A stretch of 63,532 nt of DNA, counting the filler, from Octopus bimaculoides (taxonomy: Eukaryota): NCBI RefSeq assembly GCF_001194135.2. It is 4 parts of 4 records of this genome, joined end to end, with 100 filler letters (N's around TTAATTAATTAA, not from the genome) between each part and the next. Parts side by side here need not be neighbours in the genome. Positions count along the whole stretch, not along the records: positions 33,245 to 58,191 come from NC_068993.1; positions 58,292 to 63,532 come from NC_069010.1; 2 more parts are not named here. One strand, given 5' to 3'. Positions 52,963-63,532 of this stretch are shown piece after piece (within the stretch, counting starts at the first letter, position 1; each line of letters opens with the position of its first letter). The translations under genes were made by a program, and so were the position numbers. Under the pieces are notes generated by a model. It worked only from the letters and a program-made list of their open reading frames with translations. It did no database searches and was not told the DNA's origin.

Positions 52963-55454
52963 AGAGAGAGCGTGTGTATGTGTGTGTGTGACTGTGCAAA
53001 GTGTGTGGAAATGGATGAAGGCATGGTGAAGTGGTTAAAAAATTCACTTCACAATAACAAGGTCCCAGATTTGTTTCCACTGCATAACACTTCAGCATGA
53101 GGTTAACCCAACCCTACTGAGTGAAAGTGGACAGATGGGAACTGTATGGAAATAATCTGAATAAATTGTAATTCAAAGGATCTATTTCTATCACACACTG
53201 TGTTAGGCACATTTTGTCTGAGTATTATACACTAAAGTTATATGTGCCTACAGAAAAATATAGTGAGTAGAAAGTTTGTTGAATAACTGGAATTTTTATC
53301 ATTGATGCCAACAGAAGATTCATGTGTGATTTGTGTATGAGAGACTCATAAAATATTTTGCATTAAAGTAAATCATGTTTTACTTTTGTTCTCTTAAAAG
53401 CATGTGATCATTGTAACAGCTGTGGAACTCTTACTACCACCCAAGTTTAGAGCATGTGAACTACAACCTCACTCAATATAATAGAGAACTGGAGAGTACA
53501 AATGTTTTAGTCAGTTGAAAACACCAGGCAATCAACAGTGCTGTTATGTATCAATGATTTTTTTCAGGGGTGGAGAACTTTAATACCAGGAGTGAATTTC
53601 AAGTAAAAACCTGAAGGTGCATCAGTGCTGATAATTAGGAATCTTACAAATTCATATGTATATACATGATAACACTAATCAGCAACATTAATTATAATTA
53701 ATGTTAGTTTTATTAGACAGTTATAATGCTTTCAATATCATCAGAGATTGTTGAAAGCAGTGTAATAAACTACTGTTTTGGTCTTAAGTCTCAAACCTTT
53801 CCAGAAACTCAAGGCAAAGCAGTTTCAAATTTGATGAAGCCAAAATTTCAGTGGTAGTTCAGAGATTCCCTATTTCTGGTCTTGACACTTTCATTGGCCC
53901 AATATCAACTAGCTGCTGTAAGTGCTACATTTTAACACTAACAGCACTATAGAATTGCTTAAACAGAGTTCAATTCTACCCATAAAGGTTTACAGTAGAC
54001 AGATTTCTAATCCAGTGGAAGACATCATCTGCTTAATTTCATGACAACCAGACATACCAGACCAGTACGCTAGAAAGATCCATGAAAGGGAATAATAATG
54101 TAATGCATGTCTGACAATGCAGTGAAACCAGCAAGATTCAAAGACAAGTAATTAAACTAAATACTAAGACATTTAGGCAACCTAGTCTGTTATATTTTAT
54201 TACTCTGCAAGATAGAATTAAAAGTTACAGTAAGAAAAGCCAATAGTGATTGTCAGTCTACTTACCAAGAAAGAAATACTCCAACAACAGCAATAAACTG
54301 TCTTTGGCCAAACTTTAAATGATCACAAAGGTTACAATGTACAGCTATTGATCCTCTCATAAATGAGATTAAAAGGGTCTGTGATCTGTTTTAACTACCT
54401 GAAAACTAAACTCTTCATTTGTGTCTCTCTAACAACATGCTGGCTGGCAAATTTTTGATAGAAAACTAGACAATGAGAATAAGGGCAAGCAAAAACAATC
54501 TCATAATATAAATATAGGTGTTGACTAAGAAATTACAAAATGGAAGAATGCAGAACTAAATCTCACTGTATTTAGTTTCATCTTTCTATATTTTGAGTTC
54601 AAAACTCACTTTGAGTGATTTCACATTTCATTATTCTTGGGTCAATCCAGTTACCTCTATTCCTACTCTGTAAATGTATGAACTTGTGATTATCAGTATC
54701 ATTTAAAAAAATAGAAATCTCTTAATCCCTGATCACAAGCAATATCCCTTAACCTGTGTTAGACCATCCCTAGTTCTAAGATACAAATTTTCAGTTTTAA
54801 ATTTCTAAATTAAAACCTTCCATCAAAATTCCAAGTTAATTTTATGTTCTAAACAAAAACTTAATTCTTTTTACTATAGTCACAAGACCTGAAATTTTTA
54901 AAGTGAGGAGCTAATTGATTATACCAAACCAAGTGCTCAACTGGTACTTATTGACCCCAAAAGAATGAAAAGCAAAGTCAACCTTAGTGGTATTTAAACT
55001 CAAAATGTAAAGCCTCTCCACCACCAATGAATGTATAACATTCTCCCTTATCTTGAGGACTGTAGTCAATATTCATGAAACTGATTAAGCTAACTTCAAA
55101 TGGCATTTCAAACATGTGTCAATGTATATTCATATTTTTCACTAAGACAGAGTGCTGCTTGTGCATAAAATGAAAGCCAGAGCTTGAAAGGCTAATTGAA
55201 TTTAATATCTATTGGAATGTTGGAAGAGTATAAACATGTCCTTAAAAATTTTACATACAATCTACAAATGTAGTCAATGGATGTTTTGGGTCATACAATG
55301 AAAACTCATCCAGGTGACCTGAAATAGGCCTGTGTTTAAGCAAACTAGAATTACCCTAAATTTTCCTCAAAATCTTATTGTCCCTCCAAACAAACTTTTA
55401 ACTATTTTGTAAATGTAACCTTGTTTTTCCATACGCATCTTTAACACAATAATT

Positions 55455-56340
55455 CATCATCATCATTTAACATCCGTTGTCTATGCTGGCATAGGTTGAA
55501 TGGTTTGACTTGGGCTGGTACACTAGAAGGCTGCGCCAGGCTCCAGTCTGATTTCGCATGGTTTTCTACAGTTGGATGCCCTTCCTAATGCCAACCACTC
55601 TGAAAGTGTAATGGGTGTTCTTTATGTGCCACTGGCACAGGTGCCATTTGCATGACACCGGTATCTACCATGACTGCGATTTTGCACGGCCTGATGGGTC
55701 TTCTTCTCAAGCACGAAATAATGCCAAAGGTCTTGGTCATTGCCTCTGTAAGACCCAACACTCGAAAGGAACTTGGCCACTTTGCCCCATGGGGCCCAAT
55801 GCTCGAAAGGAACTCAGCCACCTTGCCTCTGTGAAGCCCAACATTCAAAAGGAACTCAGCTACTTTGCCTCTGTGAGGCCCAGTCCCAACGCTCAAAAAG
55901 AACTCAGCCACTATGCCTCCGTGAGGCCCAACGTTCAAGGTTGATTTTCTTATGTGCAACCTGCATGGGTGTTCTTGGCTTAGTCCTCTTAAGCAGAGTA
56001 CATCATCAAAGGTCTCATTCACTAGTCATTGCCTCTGTGAGGTTCAAGGTTCAAAGATCATGCTTCACCACTGCGTCCCATGTCTTCCTGGGTCTACCTC
56101 TACCACAGGTTCTCTCCACAGTTAAAGATCAGCACTTCTTTACACAGCTGTCCTCATCCATACGCATCACATGACCATACCAGTGCAGTTACCTCTCCTG
56201 CACACTACATCTAGTTCCTCTTATGCCTAACTTTTCTCTCAAGATGCTTACACTCTGTCGAACATGCACACTGACATTGCACATCCAGCAAAGCATACTG
56301 GCTTCATTTCTTTCAAGCCTATGCATATCCTTGGCTGTGA
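55455..56340 (-). mobile_element. RTE-like LINE 3' end with ~46-bp tandem repeats in the 3'UTR (55742-55935)
   Basis: Near-identical to the 20974-21850 region (cagcacttctttacacagctgtcctcatccatac). About 5 imperfect repeats of gcctctgtgaggcccaac..aaaggaactcagccac. Confidence 0.85.
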
Positions 56341-57604
56341 TTCAAAAATATGCTAACCTCATTAATAATCCTTCCATAGGTAATAACCTGACTGGAGAAT
56401 ACATTATATCCTAGTTTTAATGGAATGCAAGTCATGAAATGTCTTTTGATTACCAATTTCTTGCCTATGATCGCAGGTCCTATAGACAATTGGAGAGCGA
56501 GTCAAACTGTTGAGTTTCCCAGACAAAGTTTCACAAAAGTGTAATTTGCTCTGCAAAGTGAGAAGAAATCCAAAGATTTTTTTTTGTATTTCATTCCCTA
56601 TTACCACCCTCTATTCCAATGATATTGGTATTTCTGCTCTTTTCAGGATTTCAAGATTTCACCATGACCCTGGCTAGGTGGCTGACAGGTGCTATGACTT
56701 GCCAAAAGGCAACCCTGTAATTTTGTCTGAGACTGTTTATTGAGTATGCACAGCTAACATGTATATCTACAACTGGGGACCTGATGGACAAGCATTATTA
56801 TTACTACATCAGTCTTAAACATATCTTGGAGAACTCATCCCACCGAGAAATGTCAGCATGAATATCTCCTGCCTGTTTCTACAATCATAAGAGAAAGAAA
56901 CTTGCATTTTGCAGGACATTGCAGGGGAGCTAAACAAAAGCTGGCAAATGACCTACTGCAATGGATCCCAAAGCATGGCCATACTTGAGCAGGTCATCCA
57001 AATACAAGATATGTAGATCAACTCACCAAAGACAGTGGATCCTCTGGTTAAAAATGTCCAAGCAAGCTCAACCACATGATGATGATTTAACCCTTTTTAA
57101 ACTAGTCATATCCAGCCCAAAATATTCTATCTGTTTTATTGCCAGATCTGGCCTCTCATACATACCCTACAATGTCATTCTGAAAAATAAATAATCACAT
57201 CATCGACTTCTCAAAGCTCCAAAATAATGCAGGATTAATTCAAAACAATGTGAATAAATAAACCTAACATTTGACAGAGTAATCTGAAGACTAAAGAATT
57301 AATGGAATTCTACTTAGTGCTTAGGGTAAGGAGGCAATACAAAAATTAAAGACATCCGTTTTATTATAAACTAGCATACTCATGTCATCAAAAGTGCTGA
57401 TAGTTTTATTAATAACAGATAATAGCATATCAAAATAATGAGAGAAACTATTGCTAAATGTCAGCAATCAAGTAAAATATATGTACATAAACAGAATTGA
57501 AGCACTAGAAGAAAATCATGTGTGTGTAGTCTAGCCAGCACTCCGGTAAAACCATCAACCCCATGCCAGCATGGAAAACAGAAGTTAAATGATAATGATG
57601 GTGA

Positions 57605-57667
<63 letters not shown>

Positions 57668-57675
57668 CACATTAT

Positions 57676-58031
57676 GTGAGGCTGTGTGGTAAATAGCTTG
57701 CTTACCAACCACATATTTCTTGGTTCAGTCCCACCAGGTGACACCTTGGGCAAGTGTCTTCTACTATAGCCTTGGGCCGACCAAAGCCTTGTGAGTGGAT
57801 TTGGTAGACAGAAACTGAAAGAAACCCATCATATATATGTGTGTATATGTTTGTCCCCCCAACATTGCTTGATAACCAATGCTGGTGTGTTTACGTCCCC
57901 GTAACTTAGCGATTCGGCAAAAGACACCAATAGAATAAGTACTAGGCTTACAAAGAATAAGTCCTGGGATCAATTTGCTTGACTAAAGGCGGTGCTCCAG
58001 CTTGGCCACAGTCAAATGACTGAAACAAGTA
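57676..58031 (+). mobile_element. Same SINE family
   Basis: Aligns along its length with 19077-19544. Confidence 0.88.
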
Positions 58032-58191
58032 CGAGTGTATATATATATATATATTGTAGGTCATTTGCCAGCTTTTGTTTAATTCTCCTGCAATAGACAT
58101 AGCAGTGGCTGTGTGGTAAGTAGCTCGCTTCTGCACATGCGCATTAGTGTTTTTGCTTGCTGTTGACCGAGGTGGGCACGAGTGTTTTGGC

Positions 58192-58291
58192 NNNNNNNNN
58201 NNNNNNNNNNNNNNNNNNNNNNNNNNNNNNNNNNNTTAATTAATTAANNNNNNNNNNNNNNNNNNNNNNNNNNNNNNNNNNNNNNNNNNNN
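58192..58291. other. Artificial scaffold-join spacer (44 N + TTAATTAATTAA + 44 N)
   Basis: Same layout; separates the CANX block from the TBCK block. Confidence 0.93.
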
Positions 58292-58530
58292 GGGCCGACC
58301 AAAGCCTTGTGAGTGGATTTGGTAGACGGAAACTGAAAGAAGCCCGTCGTATATATGTATATATATATATATATATGTATATGTTTGGGTGTCTGTGTTT
58401 GTCCCCCCAACATCGCTTGACAACCGATGCTGGTGTGTTTACGTCCCTGTAACTTAGCGGTTCGGCAAAAGAGACTGATAGAATAAGTACTAGGCTTACA
58501 AAGAATAAGTCCTGGGGTCGATTTGCTCAA
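58292..58530 (+). mobile_element. Same SINE family, 5'-truncated at the spacer
   Basis: gggccgaccaaagccttgtgagtgg...gaataagtcctggggtcgatttgctc. Confidence 0.88.
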
Positions 58531-59145
58531 TAAACACTCACAACGCCCGGTCTGGGAATCGAAACTGCAATCCTATGACCGCGAGTCCGCTGCCCTAACC
58601 ACTGGGCCACTGCGCCTCCACCATCCAACCCATACAAGCATGGAAAAGCAGATGTTAAAATGATGAAGATACCAATGACCATGATTTATTAAAATTACTG
58701 TAATGAATTCCATTGTAATTATTGTACCTCCATTGTTTGTTTCCCCAAGATGACGCATTCATGATCAAAAGATTTAACCATTTGCCCATCCAAAGCATTT
58801 TCAGCAGTGTCCTAAATGTCCATGCTTGTTTTCAAACTTTTAGCCAGCCCACGTTTCATACAATCTGAATAATATAAAGCTTTCTTTTCATAAGTTCCAA
58901 GTTACTCTGGTGGTTGAAAAAATTGGGAATGCATATCATACATGATGTATGGACACCAGGGAAATATACTTTGCGTATCACATGTATTACCGATGCCCAC
59001 ACTAAGCATTTTTGTAAGTTTATCCTCAGTGTTCTTGCTTGTTTTCAGACTTTTGGTTCACACGTTTCACAGAGGCAATGACAAGAGACTGAAACTGTTG
59101 GCGATTTGCTGTGCCTGAGAAGACATCAAGCTCAGTGAAATCGTA

Positions 59146-59394
59146 GTTTGATTCCAGGCAGTGACCTGAATAATAATAATAATAATAACATCGAAAAATA
59201 CCTTAGGAATGAGAACCCCAGTTAGAAATTTCCCCCAAGACACCTGATGGAGGCTGGAGGGTATATCAGCCGAAACGGTGTGTTAACAACAAACAAGATG
59301 AGGACAAATATCCGTCGAATGTAAATAATGTAATACACCTGTTTGTTGCTTATACACCTGTCTTCATCTTTTGTTTTTTTGTAAATTCCAACTA
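59146..59394 (+). mobile_element. Same SINE-like family, copy B (B box onward, plus tail)
   Basis: GTTTGATTCCAGGCAGTGAC-(AAT)n-CATCGAAAAATACCTTAGGAATGAGAACC...AATGTAAATAATG aligns with copy A. Confidence 0.75.
59239..59284 (+). ncRNA. Minimal type I hammerhead-ribozyme-like motif (degenerate core)
   Basis: GACAC-CTGATGG-A-GGCTG-gagggtatat-CAGCC-GAAAC-GGT-GTGTT. Stems I and II pair; position A9 and the cleavage triplet deviate from consensus. Confidence 0.55.
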
Positions 59395-59464
59395 TATATA
59401 TATATATATATATAAAGACTATAAAATGGGACAAGAACGCAAAACATCCAGATAAACGATTCAA

Positions 59465-59735
59465 GCTGATCAAAGCCTTGTGAATGGATTTGGTAGATGG
59501 AAACTGAAAGAAGCCTGTCATGTATATGTATGTGCATGTGTGTATGTTTGTGTGTCTATGTTTGTCCCCCCGCAAACATCGTTTGTCAACCGATGCTGGT
59601 GTGTTTACGTCCCCATAACTTTCATAGTTTGACAAAACAGACTGATAGAATAAGTACTAGATTTAAAAGGAAAAAAAATTCTTCAAGGTGGTGCCCCAGC
59701 ATGGCTGCAGACTAATGACTGAAAATAAGTGAAAG
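59465..59735 (+). mobile_element. Same SINE family, partial
   Basis: aaagccttgtgaatggatttggtag...ggtggtgccccagcatggctgcag. Confidence 0.8.
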
Positions 59736-60055
59736 ACAACAAATAAACAACAAAAACAAAAATAAAATTCCAAATTTTCATTAGATTTTTCAAAATATCA
59801 AAACATCTGGAAACAACAACAATAACGAAAGAATATAAATAATGTTTGTCTTGTATTCATATCCAGGATGTAGAAATCTGTCCCAATCTTTTGTCACTTT
59901 ACTTTATCGACCCTCTAAAGGGATGAAAGGAAAAGTTAAACCTCTATGGGTTTAGAACTCCGATTGTAAGAGTTTGGATTTAAATACTAGAGGAGTTATT
60001 CTGTACAATGATCTACCGATTCTGTCATACCCCCATCATAGCGTTGGTGATTTTT

Positions 60056-62728
60056 TTAAATATCTGCAGGTGGCACTGTTAACAGCCCGGTAGGTTTTAG
60101 CACATCAATTCCATGATGCAACGTAGAAACACGCGGGCAGCCGAGAGCAACGAGGGAATTGGCAAACTCCGACATTGTCTTTGTAAGGGTGCCGATTACC
60201 ACTTTGACCTGCAGTCGATGATTGGTGAGGATCTGTGCCATTTGGGTCGACATGAGGGTTCCGTCGGCATTGAAAGCATTGTGGAAAGGAATATTAATGC
60301 TCCCTGGTACGGTGCCCCGCTTGAAGTCTTCTGCGGATCTTATGTCGATAATCAGTAGTTTGGGTTTTGCAGTTGGACTCCTCGAAACTGAAGCCGTTCT
60401 CAGTTCCCCGAGGTCTATCAAGTCTTCAGCTGATATTCTTGGACACTTCTCGAGTTTCAGTTCTTCGATTGGAATGTTGTCTTTTGAGAGTTCATTGGTC
60501 TGCTGGTTGTTGTAATCTTTGGTGTAATAGGAGGTGCTTGTCCGAGAGTGTGGCCACACGGACTTTTTGGACACGTGTGCATGCTGACGGAACGTTGCAC
60601 TTTTTGGTGTGCTGCAGAAAATTTTGATGGAATCTTGGACGCATTTTTCAATATCAATTTCTGGCATGTCGGAGAAGAGGAGGATGCAATCGTTAAAGCC
60701 ATATGCCAGAAGTCTATCACGGAGCTGGTGTAAGATAGCAACACCAATACACAACGGAAAAGACGAGTTGCCAAGCAACAACGTGTCCCAGAGATGAACA
60801 ATTTTGTGCAGAGGAAATACATGGGCATACATTGTCAAGAACCAAGGAATCGCATACAGATCCGGGATAAAGCCAATAGCATCAAGATGGTTACTTAATT
60901 CGGGATCATGATAGGCAACCAAATGGGAGAATACAGCTAGATATTCCTGGATGACAGGTGAGTTATCCTTCAGGAAAAATTTATTCAGGTATTTTGGTAT
61001 AAAAGCATCCAGGCATGCAAAAGCCAGAGCTTCGTTATTGAAATTCAGAGCCAAGAATGGAGCACACAAGGAATCAAGTCCTTGCCAATAGACGTACTCG
61101 GAATGGCTGATGATCCAGGCTTTTAAAATTCGCTTGAATTTTTTGTGAGCTTCAGGTGATGACAGTAACTCGTGATACTGATGACAACGTGGTATATCTA
61201 CTTCAATTTGTCGGTCAGTTGGTGTAGGGGTTTCTTTATCAATGGAATCGTAACGAACTTGGATGTCGCCTTCAACCTCAAGCAGTGCCGCCCACACCTG
61301 AGCTCGGTACAAAGGTGGCGTGTCGACCCTGGCTTCTCTCCAGATGTGGGCTTTTTTGAATGGATAGCCCAACAGCAAGCGTTCGTACAGAATAATACGG
61401 TGAAACTGGTACTCAACGTCTTTTTCTCGAATGATAAGGGGTAACGTAGCTGCCTGAGAGAGGTCACCACTGCTGGGAGACGTCGGTAGACCTCTGAGCA
61501 TCTCTTTCTCATCTTCTAATAAGGGGTAGTAGAACGCATCACCAATATCCTTCAGTCTATTTCTAAGCTGTTCCTGTGACAACGCTATCATGGTGTTGTC
61601 CAAAAGTTCAGACTGGTCGCGCTTTTGACCAAACCATTCGCCAGTGTTCAAAATAAAGCAAGGTAAAAGAGTAACCGGCGGTCTTGATTTGATCAAGCCA
61701 GCCCGCTTAAGAACAGACTCAAGGTCACCCCCAGCCAGTCTCCACAGGTAATACACTTCTTCCATCGTCCGTTGAGAGAGGTTGTCGACTTTTTTCATCA
61801 ATGCGATCTGACCCTCGGTGGGGAGCTCCAAATGCTTCAAGTCGATTTTACTGGAAAAAAACTGAATACCATTCAGGTAAGGAACTTCCCGGGGTATTTT
61901 CGATGCAAAAGCTTTATGCTGAAGCAATTCCGAAGAGGACAAGCGATTGGTGGGGCTCGCGGTCAGGCATTTTTTTAACATGTCGACTGTCTCGGGAGAG
62001 AGTGTCTTCACAACATCTTCCAATTTGTTGTCTTTCAGGATTATATCCATGGGCTCGTATTCAGAATTGACGAAAGCCAAAACTTTACTGATGGTCTGCT
62101 GTAAAGTCGCTGTCGCCCATAGTTGACGACCAACAAATGCCTCCAGCAGGACAAGACCCAGGGACCAAATATCGACTTTCGGTCCTAAATTAAGCTGCAC
62201 GACAGCGTTACTGAATTCATCGACCACTACGGGGCCGCAACAGATGACTTCGGGTGCCATATAGCGGACCAGGCCGAGTGGGTAGGCAACGTTCTGTCCC
62301 CATTCGGTCATATAGTTCATACCGTACTTTGAAATTTTCACATTGCCTTCATTATCGAATAGAATAGTATCGGGACACAGGTTTTTAACAATAATGTTTT
62401 TCTTACTCAGATAGTCCAGCCCTTCGATGATGTCAAACGCCATTTTCAGCAAGTCTGCTTCGTTCGTCGGTAATCGTTCTTTCATTCGCTGAGCCAAGTT
62501 GTTTTTGTAGTGTTCGGCGACAACAATCAGCCGTTCGTGTTTGCCGCGAGACACATGTATGTACTTGCAGAGGCTGGGATGTCCCAGCGTAGTCAAATAC
62601 TGGAATTTGCCGAGAATCTTGATGGAGTTGGGTGTTAAGGGCAGACCGTTCGCACCGCATTTGTCGTTCGGATGACAAGAGGCAAAAAACGTCGTCACAC
62701 TAAACTCGGCTTCGCCAACTTTCGACAT
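60056..62728 (-). CDS. TBCK: TBC1 domain-containing kinase (pseudokinase + Rab-GAP TBC + rhodanese-like), single-exon, 890 aa
   Basis: Uninterrupted ORF. N-terminus FASCHPNDKCGANGLPLTPNSIKILGKF and SRGKHERLIVVAEH match TBCK. The kinase fold lacks canonical HRD/DFG (reads IIVKNL, KYG). TBC catalytic fingers IEVDIPRCHQY and YWQGLDSLCAPF are present, plus a rhodanese-like LLIIDIRSAEDFKRGTVPGSINIPF. Recognised from family knowledge; no database search was run. Confidence 0.96.
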   Translation of the reverse strand: MSKVGEAEFSVTTFFASCHPNDKCGANGLPLTPNSIKILGKFQYLTTLGHPSLCKYIHVSRGKHERLIVVAEHYKNNLAQRMKERLPTNEADLLKMAFDIIEGLDYLSKKNIIVKNLCPDTILFDNEGNVKISKYGMNYMTEWGQNVAYPLGLVRYMAPEVICCGPVVVDEFSNAVVQLNLGPKVDIWSLGLVLLEAFVGRQLWATATLQQTISKVLAFVNSEYEPMDIILKDNKLEDVVKTLSPETVDMLKKCLTASPTNRLSSSELLQHKAFASKIPREVPYLNGIQFFSSKIDLKHLELPTEGQIALMKKVDNLSQRTMEEVYYLWRLAGGDLESVLKRAGLIKSRPPVTLLPCFILNTGEWFGQKRDQSELLDNTMIALSQEQLRNRLKDIGDAFYYPLLEDEKEMLRGLPTSPSSGDLSQAATLPLIIREKDVEYQFHRIILYERLLLGYPFKKAHIWREARVDTPPLYRAQVWAALLEVEGDIQVRYDSIDKETPTPTDRQIEVDIPRCHQYHELLSSPEAHKKFKRILKAWIISHSEYVYWQGLDSLCAPFLALNFNNEALAFACLDAFIPKYLNKFFLKDNSPVIQEYLAVFSHLVAYHDPELSNHLDAIGFIPDLYAIPWFLTMYAHVFPLHKIVHLWDTLLLGNSSFPLCIGVAILHQLRDRLLAYGFNDCILLFSDMPEIDIEKCVQDSIKIFCSTPKSATFRQHAHVSKKSVWPHSRTSTSYYTKDYNNQQTNELSKDNIPIEELKLEKCPRISAEDLIDLGELRTASVSRSPTAKPKLLIIDIRSAEDFKRGTVPGSINIPFHNAFNADGTLMSTQMAQILTNHRLQVKVVIGTLTKTMSEFANSLVALGCPRVSTLHHGIDVLKPTGLLTVPPADI

Positions 62729-63024
62729 GGTTCTGATTGTTATTATTATTATTATTATTCTTTCTTTCTTTTTTTTTTTTTTTTCCTACACGTAAACAAG
62801 TAACCGTCCCTCGGAGATAAACAAACTGGTTTCTGATCGCCCAAAAACAGACAATCGGTACGTGAAAAAAAGCTAGAAATATATCAATCAGCTACTTAAC
62901 ACTTCCAGCAGGCCAGCAAGCAGTCGTAACATGCTTGATTTTCCTTTCTTATTTTCTGGTTCCCACAAACAGAAACCGAGACAATGTCACGGTGAAACAT
63001 GACTAAATCAAAAATGTACGCCCT

Positions 63025-63092
63025 CCGGAAGTTGCTCTTAGATTATCTCCCCTCGTTAAACACCCGCTTCTTCCTGTTTTCATCACGTGATG
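63025..63092. promoter_or_regulatory. Candidate TBCK promoter motifs: ETS-type CCGGAAGT (63025-63032) and palindromic E-box CATCACGTGATG (63081-63092)
   Basis: Motifs lie in CpG-containing sequence 300-360 bp upstream of the TBCK ATG; function is inferred only. Confidence 0.3.
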
Positions 63093-63532
63093 TTTATACT
63101 GGGTGAAGCTGTTGCTGTTTAACCCTCGGTCAGTGACAATCCAGCAGCCCTACAATAAAAAGTATAGGTAGTTAATGCTCATCTCGCCCTTCGTGGGCGG
63201 AAATTCTGGTATGGGCACCCCCATAACTTTATTTTGGGGAATTTTCTGGAAACTTTTACGAATTTGTGTTCTACAGATGCAAATAAAAAAATTTTTTTTA
63301 AATTCTTTTGTGTGATTTAAGGGTGATTTAGCTGTTATTTTTACAACTTACGACCACTCAATGCCTTCCACATATTTATGTGTGTGTGTGTGTATATAAC
63401 TTTGGGGAAGAACCACCCGTCTTTAAGAAACGAGAATTCAGTTACCTCCCTTAGTTGTCACCACTTTCTTAATTCGAATGCCGGTTTGTTTGTTATTCTC
63501 ACAGATCATACGGAAGGCTATCTTTCGTAGCC

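Noticed and set aside
60113-62678. Short ORFs overlapping TBCK on both strands
   Set aside because: They are shadows of the GC-richer TBCK coding sequence.

Overview
AT-rich, microsatellite- and transposon-dense animal genomic DNA. The repeat landscape (tRNA-derived SINEs, RTE LINEs, Helitrons, mariner) suggests an octopus or other cephalopod scaffold (inference). Three identical 100-bp spacers (44 N + TTAATTAATTAA + 44 N) at 20489, 33145 and 58192 split the window into four blocks whose adjacency is not proven. There are three host genes, all on the minus strand: two internal coding exons of USP5 (isopeptidase T); the first four coding exons of calnexin (CANX), which I read from the sequence because the ORF track shows only the first; and a complete intronless 890-aa TBCK ORF. 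The rest is mobile-element debris: RTE, CR1-like and L1-like LINE fragments, many SINEs, two Helitrons, a mariner fold-back and a hAT MITE. The most novel-looking observation is a tRNA-headed SINE-like repeat, present in 2 copies, carrying a minimal Penelope-type hammerhead ribozyme fold. Almost all other ORF-track entries are microsatellite, N-gap or antisense artefacts.
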